From contig JAQGDQ010000306.1 of assembly GCA_030141605.1 (NCBI GenBank), forward strand, positions 124,001 to 188,000: a DNA stretch of 64,000 nucleotides, read 5' to 3'. The notes below the pieces were generated by a model. That model was not told the origin of the DNA, ran no database searches, and saw nothing but the letters and a program-made list of their open reading frames with translations. The position numbers and the translations under genes were made by a program. The stretch comes from Tubiluchus corallicola (Eukaryota > Animalia > Priapulida). Position 1 is the first letter of the stretch; each line of letters opens with the position of its first letter. Shown in pieces: positions 28,901 to 37,539 of this stretch.

Positions 28901-31900
28901 CTTTGATGACTTTTCATCCTTCGCGTCTGCTTTTTAACGTATTACGAATGCATTTTTCAGCTAAGCCAGACAATATTAGCTTCTCATAGTCATCTCTCAT
29001 GTTTAGTATACCTCACTGGGTGTTTGCGGTAATAAAGCAGTGGCTTCATGATGTATGTGTTATTATTGTGCGTATCATACTGTTATGACCTCACTCTAGG
29101 GATTTAGTTCTACATTATAATAGCACAATAATAGGTATTGCAAGCGATTTGTAATAGTAACACTAATAACATTGATAGTGACAGAAATTATTATAACAGT
29201 AATAAATGGTAGTACTATTTCAAGTGCTAATGAATTGCACCGTCGAAAATAATCAGACGCTAAGTAGAATAAATTGCTAGCTCATTTGCAAAATTATCTT
29301 AGTTATGCAGTATGCTCATTGGTTTCTAGGAAAATTAAACTGTTTCCAAACTGCTAGGTCTAGCGCCGTGTAATGAGGCGCATGATTTGGCCTAATTGTT
29401 TAAGCTGCAGTTCTGAGTGTTGTTCTGAGTTTTTATTTTCATATTTTACATCTGCTCTGTAGTGATTTGCTTTTTCCCTGAAATAATAAAAATTGTTGTA
29501 GTAAATATTTCATTTGCTTATAAAATGATTACTATCATTATTACCAGTGTATCCAACGCTTATAAAATGCCAGTCATGCCATGGTGAAGGCCCGAGATAG
29601 GAGCCAAAACGTGAGAATTAAGGCAAACTGCTCAATTTGCACATGGGTCTAATAATCTTTGGTTTATATCAGAAGTAAGCCACACCAGATCAGGCATAAT
29701 CAAGTGATAAACACGATCATGCTTGCAGATTTGAATCCAAATTCAGTTAGTCCTGTTTAATTATAAAACGCTTATATAGCATTTTATGTTGATTTATGAT
29801 GTAATGTGACAGATTAGTGTAAAAGACCACTTTTTTAAATTTTGAAAAGACTAATCATATTGACTAGTTGTTTTGTTAAGTAGTTACATTTTTTAGAATA
29901 TATGTATTCATAGCTTGAATCTTCATTAGAGTAGGCATAATAATGTACAGCATAATTACTGTTATTGTAGGAAAGGGAAGGTAATATTTTTAATAAGGAG
30001 CTTCCTGCAACTGGTATTTACAACATAATGTGATGCGACAGGGTAGGAAAATTTTATAAACAAGTTATTTGATGTATTTTTTAACATAAATCTTTTTATT
30101 AGATTTGGGAAGTTTACAATGAAAGGCGATGCATACGTACATATCTTGGGCACACAAGTTATTTGATGTATTTTTTAACATAAATCTTTTTATTAGATTT
30201 GGGAAGTTTACAATGAAAGGCGATGCATACGTACATATCTCGGGCACAAACAAGCTGTAAAAGATGTGAATTTTAACAACAATGGCACGAAATTTCTTTC
30301 TGCTGGATATGACCGTTACATCAAATTATGGGATACAGAAACTGGTAAATGATCTAATTTATATGAATGAAAATAAACAAATTACAACAATTTTGGCAGT
30401 GCAATTTCTATTATTAAGTTCCATTATTTACATTAATAAAAAAATGAAAACAGATCTAATACAATAGTTAGATTAAAAATTTATAAAAATATCATGTTAC
30501 ATAGTAGTATTGGTCTTTTATTTTTGTATAATTACATGTATAATACTATATAGGTTATATAGGTTGCAAAACATGTGAAATAGCCTATATACTATAACTA
30601 ATTCTAAATTTGCAATACGCATCACTCCTGTGCCATTAATTTAAATTTAGGAAAAACTAATTATACATACTGCACAAAGTCATAGCTTCCGTGCAAATTA
30701 TTTTCGTCAAAAACCATAATTTTTTTTCTCCAGGTAAATGTATATCAAAGTATACAAGCAGGAAGGTTCCATACTGTGTCAAGTTTAATCCAGATGAGGA
30801 CAAACAGCATTTATTTGTAGCAGGCACTTCTGACAAGAAAATTGTTTGTGTGAGTATCTAATAATTTATAAAATTTGTTCACCCAATATCCAGTCATTTT
30901 ACCATGTTTCTATAAGGCTGCAAGAAAGTGACAAACACATTTTAGCTGAGTTCCTAAAATGGCTTTCAGATGTCAACTTTAGTGACAAATGTCTAGATTA
31001 ACTAGAATAGAATAGAAATTTATTTTTTACTTGGTCACGTAAATATATGTTTCCTCACTTTTACCGCATTTCCATTACGGTCCATGTGTGGTTAGCAATT
31101 ACTAAAAGTAAAAAATGCTATTATGAATAAATAAACTAAACTAATTGATGTAACTTATTAACAGTCTCATATGTAATTTTATGTTAATTAGATAAACAGC
31201 TGTGCAGAAAATGTTGCTGGATAGATGGCAGCAGTGTTCAATTCCACTCTTGCCACTTTGATTCCACTCTCGATTTCTGTAGTGGAAAACTATGATCGCT
31301 GTAAAATAAATGTTTATGATACATAAATTTTGCAAAGTGGTTTAATCCTTAGACTTTAAAGCAGCCATTGCCTTTTAGAACTAAGTTCTATTATTATGAT
31401 AATCCTATACTGCTCAGGTACTGTAAACTAACTTGCATATTATTTATTTTAGTGATTACAAACAAAGTACAAAGTAAATTATTTCTCATTATGTTTCATC
31501 AGATTTCTGGTCACAATTTATCTTCCTTCTCTACATGTATAAATAGTCACTGTCCATTATTTTATAGTACTAGATATTACAGCTATATCAAACTTCATAT
31601 CAGATTTGACTGATATTATGTAACTGTCTAGTTATTCTTTATTTAAGCTATACTAATTTGAAATGCACTTCTTAATATCTGGTACGATGTATGTTAACAA
31701 ACCATACGCACTAAATTAAATTTCAATAAATTGACCCCAAGAGTTTTATGCTGAACAAATAATCTTGCAGTGTATGAATATCGAGTAGTTCAGAGTGATA
31801 TTTTTTCAACTTATTATTGATCAGTTTGTTTGCACATTTGCTAGTTATCTATTTGCTGAATAGCGTATCTAATGTACTCTTCTTGCATTAATTTCAGTGG

Positions 31901-33972
31901 GACACCAATACTGGGGAGATAGTACAAGAATATGATCGCCACCTAGGTGCTGTAAACTCAATCACATTTGTTGATGACAATCGCCGGTTTGTCTCAACAT
32001 CTGATGACAAAAGTTTACGTGTGTGGGAATGGTAAGCCTATAAAAAATACAGAATCGCTTTTATGAAGTTAATGCCCGACAAACACAATGCAAGATCTGT
32101 CTGCAACAATTTATGTCGCATTGATTTTTTGCTCATTTGCGGGCTAGATAAATGCTGTTTTGCTGGCTTTGTCGCTCACAGATTTTTATCGAACGTGTTA
32201 AATTTTCTGTCTCAGACAAACTCAGTCACTCCCATGTGCGGGTTTGGTACAGAAATTTGTATCAGGCTAAAAAAAAGAAAGATCAAACCAATAAAAATCA
32301 ATCATTTTGTCACGTGTCATCTAATAAGTGTTTAATGAGATTACCTTTGACTCAAACTGTTTCACACAGAAGCTGTTGTGTGCAGACAGATTTTGCCTGA
32401 GATGGTCTGCATTTATTGCCATGCACATATAAGAAAAATTGAAATCGGCTAACAAGCAAACTTTTAATTTTATGAGTTGCTAAACAAGTACTTGTTTTGT
32501 TCTAGGGATATTCCAGTGGACATGAAATACATTGCTGATCCTAGCATGCACTCAATGCCAGCAGTTACATTATCTCCTAATAGTAAGTTACAAATTTACT
32601 TAATTTGAATTTAAATAGGTAAAGTAACTTAAATCTTCATATAAACTAAAGCTAATACTAGTCTTTAATACTGTCTTTGCAAAGTATCAAGTTTTATAAT
32701 TTCATGTGATAAATAACTTGCATATGTTGGCATATGTTTGACATTGTTAGTGAATCCACAATATCTGACCATACCTATAATGTACTAGACAAGGTAAAAA
32801 TGAACAATTTTGTTTAGCTCCAGAGATGCACCACTTACCATAATGGCATTGTTTGAAGATGTGGTGAAAGCTAATATATTTTTCAAAGCTTAGTAATTTC
32901 CTAGCCTTTTGTGGTACCACTTCTAAGTTCTAGAAAAACTCTCTAGTTTTGTCTTATGTCAGTTAAGTATTTAGAAAAACAAAACAGAAAAGAGGAAAAG
33001 AACTTACTATAATTTATATTAATAAATTACTGTTATAACGTCTTTGTTTTTGAGAACAGAGTCACATGCTATTTCGTCACGTATCAAAGTATTCTGTTTA
33101 TTTGTGCATGTGCTCTTTTTTCTGTTTCACAGCAAGTCATTTCTGATGTTGTGTTAATAGTTTAAGGTAAACCACCATTGCTGAAATTTTTATTAAAAAC
33201 ATTTTTTATCTGAGGTAAATGGTTAGCTTGCCAGTCTATGGACAATAAAGTGATGATATTCTCTGCAAGAGAACGATTTAAATGGAACAGAAAGAAAGTT
33301 TTCAAGGGTCATATAGTTGCCGGCTATGCTTGCAGTGTGGATTTCTCACCTGAAATGAGGTATTAATAAGTGTTATTAGTTTAATGAAATACAGTTAAAA
33401 AGTTGTAGTATTTTATTTTATTGTTGATTGCTAATCAACTAATGGGCTTAAAAATGTGATAAACATGGAAACATGGGGAGTAAAAATATTCATAAATGTA
33501 TGCTGTAGTGCTGCCATACTATGAATTTACTATTTTTGTATTACTGTAGTTTTAAATGAATAATAACAACAGACAATTGTAGCACTTGACCTCGAGGAAG
33601 CAAATGAACTTAATACACCATACTGAACTCAAAGAGAGTAAATGAAGAATGTTTTTATTTCTATAAACAATTTTTACATTTTATGTAATATATTTGGTTG
33701 AGTAGTTCTCTGAATGATGTTGTGAGTGAATTTATAGATGACTTTTGACAAAAGGTTCCTTTACTTAATTTACATTTTTATTTTATACTTTCAGCTACTT
33801 AGCTTCTGGAGATGCAGATGGAAAGGTTTTCGTTTGGGACTGGAAAACCACAAAATTATTTAGCAAGTTTGTGGCTCATGAAAATGTTTGCATCAGTGTT
33901 TTGTGGCATCCTCATGAAACTAGTAAACTAGTGACGGCAGGATGGGATGGACTCATTAAGTACTGGGATTAA
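7796..33972 (+). CDS. CDC40: Pre-mRNA-processing factor 17 (CDC40/PRP17), WD40 second-step splicing factor; 13 coding exons, 573 aa
   Basis: Exons 7796-7969, 9483-9569, 10979-11105, 13253-13333, 14191-14333, 14825-14921, 16248-16462, 30197-30344, 30734-30849, 31898-32031, 32506-32582, 33215-33359, 33795-33972 join in frame (1722 nt) with GT-AG introns. Peptides such as [61 protein letters not shown] and [22 protein letters not shown] are diagnostic of PRP17. Confidence 0.97.
9483..9569 (+). CDS. CDC40: CDC40 coding exon 2
   Basis: TTTCAG| [29 protein letters not shown] |GTAACA. Confidence 0.92.
10979..11105 (+). CDS. CDC40: CDC40 coding exon 3
   Basis: TTTCAG| DGSVK...[29 protein letters not shown]|GTAAAT. 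Confidence 0.95.
12000..13070 (+). mobile_element. Degenerate CR1/L2-group LINE reverse-transcriptase 3' half
   Basis: Broken frames give NVLQGSHIG (GVPQGSxLGP-like), [21 protein letters not shown] and an IRPHI..SA.VLHAAIT motif; AATAAA near 13063. Boundaries approximate. Confidence 0.75.
13253..13333 (+). CDS. CDC40: CDC40 coding exon 4
   Basis: CTTAG| [27 protein letters not shown]|GTACAT. Confidence 0.95.
14191..14333 (+). CDS. CDC40: CDC40 coding exon 5
   Basis: TTTTAG| [17 protein letters not shown]...[26 protein letters not shown] |GTGACG. Confidence 0.95.
14825..14921 (+). CDS. CDC40: CDC40 coding exon 6
   Basis: AATAG| [33 protein letters not shown]|GTAAAT. Confidence 0.95.
14918..15095 (+). 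repeat. Diverged ~82-bp tandem repeat (2 copies plus a partial third) starting at the exon 6 donor
   Basis: CACAGTAAATATTG...AGTTTTTCACT...ATCCATATC recurs at 14918 and 15000. Confidence 0.85.
15099..15849. mobile_element. Tc1/mariner-type MITE (TA target site)
   Basis: TA|CACTAGAATTCGCATAATAAAT at left and ATTTATTAATCAAATTTAGTG|TA at right; internal repeats of ATAAATCC. Confidence 0.65.
16248..16462 (+). CDS. CDC40: CDC40 coding exon 7
   Basis: TTTTCAG| [19 protein letters not shown]...[31 protein letters not shown] |GTACGA. Confidence 0.97.
19041..19407 (-). mobile_element. 5'-truncated RTE-clade LINE with (GAA)n tail
   Basis: Minus strand: [18 protein letters not shown]...[18 protein letters not shown]...[10 protein letters not shown], ending GGGAAGAAGAAGAAGAA. 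Confidence 0.85.
21512..22933 (-). CDS. Class A GPCR, FMRFamide/myosuppressin/sex-peptide receptor-like orphan; intronless CDS nested antisense in CDC40 intron 7
   Basis: 473-aa ORF with N-glycosylated N-terminus and seven hydrophobic segments; GFIGNTIN (TM1), MAVAD (TM2), DRYISICHP (TM3), NYAINFYAY and FRK (TM7/helix 8). Confidence 0.95.
   Translation of the reverse strand: MSTIESIENNTFDKMFSNSIMLTNISDAFNDSVIDFNDNGTSSPKVVMKVTLDYVRLGVAIHRIYKIAMPTILVLGFIGNTINLVTLWGRRKELASVSYTYLRGMAVADFMIIVQYSIYLATQFLIKIWERTKILAVYNAFFHYSFMNGFIAMSNLLIAAVTVDRYISICHPLKALSMRSHVKARITVIVIVLVAFLLQIPEFISRRITQFLDRRHNVTYWDAVSNKRITTMVWYSLVWPWFYEFVVHLVPIGSLLILNPLIVIAYKKSAMKRHSLTQTQETSSESAKRIREERHLTILLGSISVIFLLLTIPICTTKISQHLKHYGLFHNNTKYEISVHAANLLEAVNYAINFYAYSVSNSTFRKAVRNTMASPIKCMLLQTVKKGKHSLSNSRPSADTAATHVSYELRTSIKKEMQRSSANNRNWKLFKQDQNESRLKLEPRDREEDISSYENCAMMQNQMRYEPGISTHL
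24408..26582 (-). mobile_element. TA-flanked non-autonomous DNA transposon carrying an RTE LINE fragment (copy 1), interrupted by a second LINE
   Basis: TA|CAGGCAA...TTGCCTG|TA; co-linear by eye with the reverse complement of 46895-48378 over 24408-25530 and 26427-26582. Confidence 0.8.
25535..26426 (-). mobile_element. 5'-truncated non-LTR retrotransposon (RT C-terminal region) inserted in the DNA transposon
   Basis: ORF 25981-26406: VLHLG...ANSVIRDF...[11 protein letters not shown]...[20 protein letters not shown], typical post-RT LINE motifs; minus-strand AATAAA near 25553-25558. Clade uncertain. Confidence 0.8.
26685..27330. mobile_element. Interspersed element with ~145-bp internal tandem subrepeats (Helentron/HINE-like)
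   Basis: (GTT)n start, then about four units with GTC(A/G)GATTTT...CCAT(C/T)TT...CAAGATGG and GCTTTG.CA.TTCGCAATGGAT..TCATGAAA; short GC-rich hairpin-like end GACGCTCCGGGAGTC. Confidence 0.5.
30060..30247 (+). repeat. 94-bp tandem duplication spanning the CDC40 intron 7/exon 8 boundary
   Basis: 30060-30153 equals 30154-30247 except T30147/C30241. Confidence 0.97.
30197..30344 (+). CDS. CDC40: CDC40 coding exon 8
   Basis: TATTAG| [50 protein letters not shown]|GTAAAT. Confidence 0.95.
30734..30849 (+). CDS. CDC40: CDC40 coding exon 9
   Basis: CTCCAG| [38 protein letters not shown] |GTGAGT. Confidence 0.97.
31898..32031 (+). CDS. CDC40: CDC40 coding exon 10
   Basis: TTTCAG| [46 protein letters not shown]|GTAAGC. 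Confidence 0.97.
32075..32412. mobile_element. Probable decayed MITE in CDC40 intron 10
   Basis: GCAAGATCTGTCTGCA near 32090 is inverted by TGCAGACAGATTTTGC near 32381; termini and TSD not resolvable. Confidence 0.4.
32506..32582 (+). CDS. CDC40: CDC40 coding exon 11
   Basis: TTCTAG|[27 protein letters not shown]|GTAAGT. Confidence 0.97.
33215..33359 (+). CDS. CDC40: CDC40 coding exon 12 (GAG acceptor)
   Basis: TCTGAG|[51 protein letters not shown]|GTATTA. Confidence 0.93.
33795..33972 (+). CDS. CDC40: CDC40 coding exon 13 (terminal)
   Basis: TTTCAG|[22 protein letters not shown]...[25 protein letters not shown]. Confidence 0.97.
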
Positions 33973-35883
33973 AGACTTCTCCCATTTCCATGCAAAATAC
34001 AAACAAATGAATCACTTTTATTATTTGCATAGTAAAATGTACTGTAAAATGTTTGATAAGTATAATTTTGTATGTAGTGTACATGTAAAAAAAAACATTG
34101 TAAAAACATTGTGAAAATTTAATGATTGCTATTTAAGCACTTCTCTGATACCTGGGTAGTGCTGTTCTAAACTTACGCAAATATTGTAAGAGAAAAGACA
34201 ACACGTAACGTTGTTGGTCATCGTAACTAATTCTCAGCAGAATTATATAATTCATGTGATACTGTTTTCTTATCTTACAGTGATCATCTGAAACCATTTG
34301 GGATATATTCTTCTTGCAAGGGGATTATATATATATATATGTTGCCAAATTGTTGCTAATTTAATGTAATCTGTGAAAAATGTTCATGAAGTGGTCGTTT
34401 CCCACTTTTTAGTAAATCAAGTAACTCATAGTCATGTCTTGTCATGGAGCAACCTAATTATAAATTAGTGAAAGTCACAAAGAAAAATGAGCTTGTTTGC
34501 ACCTTTACCCGTGATTCAAGTCACTCTGCAAAATATAGAAACTCTGAATTCTGCAAAAAATCAAAATCGTTATGTATGAGCAAACGAATGGAAAAGCAAA
34601 GTCGTATGCAAACAGTGCAGCAAAAATCTTCGTGACACCCAATTTAGTACTCACATTGGTTAGTTCAACAATGTACATTACATAATATAATAAACTTATA
34701 ACTCATAATAACTATAGAATTAGTCTGCAAAAATGTAAATAAAGATTTATGCCACATTAACTGAAATTTTGATGCTATCACTAGAATTTTTTGAGACTGT
34801 AAATTTGTCCATAGTTTATTAAACCATTGGGTATGCACCATTTTGGTAGTTTAGCAATTACGACAAGCAATTGTGTCTGTTGCAAAAAGTATTTTGAAGA
34901 TTCTTTTTAAATTTGTATGGTCTAAGGCTCGACTACGCTATGGGGTTTCCACTGAAAAGAGTGGCACTCAAAGTTGATAATCATGCATGTCGTGTATCAA
35001 GGATGATAGCAGTGTATGTGACACCTTTACGTTGAAAAATAGGCAACAAATACAATTTTACAACAGAAGCAGTGGTCACGTGCAAAAAATTCAAGACTTG
35101 GATAAATCTCACCGAGAAAGCATATCCCTCGAAAATTACACGGATTGAATTTGATCAGTATCACATAATATGCCTGTAATTATAAGCAAATGGATGACCG
35201 ATTTAACGGTATGTTACCTCAGTAACACTTGACTTTTCAGAAATACTTAAACAGTATCAAAGAAACTGATCCAAAATTCTAGATAGTGGCAGGGCCTCGA
35301 TGCATGTAAAATTTGGACTGGCCATCAATTCCTGTGACACGAACACAAAACCTGGTACACCTTCGTGCAATTTCACTAATTCACTGAGTAGTATAGCGGT
35401 CATAATACGACTATGCTGTTTCAGGCCAAGCATTTTAAGCTGTCATTTTGTTGTGTAAACTATTTTTTATTTATTATTCAAACGTAATTAAAAAATTTTA
35501 TTCGGGCAAAAAAGAAATGCTAAATAAATTGGTGATTTTGCTAAGTTTATTTTCCAAGAGTACAGCCAATGCATAATTGTTGTCAATGGCGTTATGCACG
35601 ACGCGTGGTCGATAACCAAGTTTGCACGGCTCATAAAAATTGCTGTTAATTTTGTTTACCGCTCACTTAAAATGATTAGTATTCCAGTATAACGCGTATG
35701 CCCAATTGCCCATACTTGCAATTTCGTTTGCTGTAATCACTCTGGAAGCTAATTTCCCGTTTCGGGGAAGGTTGACCAACATACGCTGCTTTTATTTTTT
35801 ACTCTAATCTCAGTCGAAGAGTTAATTGTACATAACAATGACAAACCTGCATTGTTTACATATGTAATTATGCAAATAATATA

Positions 35884-35889
<6 letters not shown>

Positions 35890-35946
<57 letters not shown>
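35890..35946. repeat. (TA)n microsatellite
   Basis: Pure dinucleotide run. Confidence 0.95.
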
Positions 35947-35949
<3 letters not shown>

Positions 35950-36390
35950 TGCCTTAAAAAGATAACTTTAGTAAGTTTTGGATTTAAATTTAAATTTAAA
36001 GTCGTCGGAAGAAATTCAAAATTATCTATGTATGTGTTATAAAATCATAAAGAAGTAGATTTGAGTGGTGAAATTTTTTGTGCTATGGCTCCATTTGATA
36101 GTACCCGGAGTAACTATTCGTTCAAACGTTTTGCAAATTGTACAAAAAACAAGTAAAAAGCAGTTTGCAAGTTTTTTTTCAAATCGGATTGTTCACATAT
36201 GGAATTCACTTCCAAATTCTGTAAGTAGTTCTACGCTTGTGACAGCAGCAAATATTAAATTATTTCACGAAAGGTTTCGTTTAGTTGTTTTTGATAAGTT
36301 TCTCAAATATAAAAGTCAGATGTAAGCAGTTTTTCCCTTTGTGTCTCATCAAAACTCAAATATTAATTTATTTTGAGTGTTAATAAATTA
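35950..36390 (+). mobile_element. CR1-group LINE extreme 3' fragment
   Basis: FFSNRIVHIWNSLPNSV in ORF 36065-36325 is the hallmark CR1 ORF2 C-terminal motif; AATAAA near 36382. Confidence 0.8.
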
Positions 36391-36704
36391 AATTAAGCTA
36401 AACAATATGGCTTCTTCGTGCAACGTCAATTTTTCCTATCTGTTAGTGAAAAAACGTCCCGCAGCGTTAATTATTCGAGGCCTGTTGCGCCTGAAATCTC
36501 CAATAGCATAACTGTTCAGTCTTGCTCTGTTGATCAAGCAAGAAAACTGCGAATACACGATTTTTATTACGTTTTAATGTAGCATATTATAAAAGATTTA
36601 AATCACGTATAATGTACAGGCATAGGCTAGACACGCTTCTACTGTAGTTTCACATTGTTTCAATTATTTAGCTGCTAAAACTGAATCTGAGTAAATCACA
36701 CAGC

Positions 36705-37065
36705 GACGGAATGTGCGAAATTTGTAACTATATGATAAGCCGGGAATATGCAATCTGCGTGTACACGTGATGATCCGGCAGACGCGGTAAATCCAGAATG
36801 CGCAAAATATCTGAGCTGTAATGATTTGTAAGGTGCAGTAAATCTTGAATGTGCGAAGAGTAAGATCATCTCATGATCTGGAAGGTACAGTAAATTCGGT
36901 GCGAGCGTGTAATGATTTATTAGGTGCAGTAAATCTTGAATGTACAAAAATGAAATAGGTGGCATATGATGACCTGTCAAAATGGATAAATCCTAAAAGT
37001 GCGAAAGAGGTGGGCATATGATGATTCGTTAGATGTGGCAAATCCGGAATGTGCGAAATAAAAGT
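36705..37065. repeat. Degenerate ~45-55-bp tandem array
   Basis: Recurrent GTAAATC(C/T)..AATG(T/C)GC.AA and (A/C)ATGAT motifs, about 7-8 units. Confidence 0.6.
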
Positions 37066-37245
37066 AAACTAAATAAAAAACATTTATTCAATTAACGTGC
37101 TATTCACCAATGTACTACCCAACCACCCAGCTAACTGCATTTTATTACCAATATTCGAGAATGCGGGCGCTTTGCACATAGTGTTTTTCTTTCATGTAAG
37201 CCAACGGGTTTCCGTTAAACTTTGTGTAAGATTATTTATATGTTT

Positions 37246-37539
37246 CAGTGGCGGCTCGTGTATAGGTACTGTGGAACTGCAGCAACCACATGTCTGAGAT
37301 AACACGCTGTACGCTGCACTGCTAGTAAGAAAAAGTACTGTCGCTCACACAGTTTGTTATCAGGTGTCACGTGCTTAAAAACCGTGTACCGGCATATTCT
37401 TGAACTGCGGGTTTTGTTTAGGATTTTATCAAGTTTATGTATAAATTTTTGTGTGTTTGTTTCGTTTCACACAGTATTAGAACAATGGCTAAAAATTTCT
37501 GAAGGAGCCCCCACTAATTTTAACTACGGACCGCCACTG
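37246..37539. mobile_element. hAT-type MITE, 294 bp
   Basis: TIRs CAGTGGCGG...CCGCCACTG with a perfect 8-bp TSD ATATGTTT on both sides. Confidence 0.9.

Noticed and set aside
30341-30741. Direct repeat GGTAAATG at both ends of CDC40 intron 8, suggesting intron gain by duplication
   Set aside because: Explained by donor consensus plus the Gly-Lys-Cys codons; too short to support the claim.
36705-37065. Repeat-spacer look reminiscent of a CRISPR array
   Set aside because: Eukaryotic context, degenerate repeats, spacers related to each other, and no cas genes.
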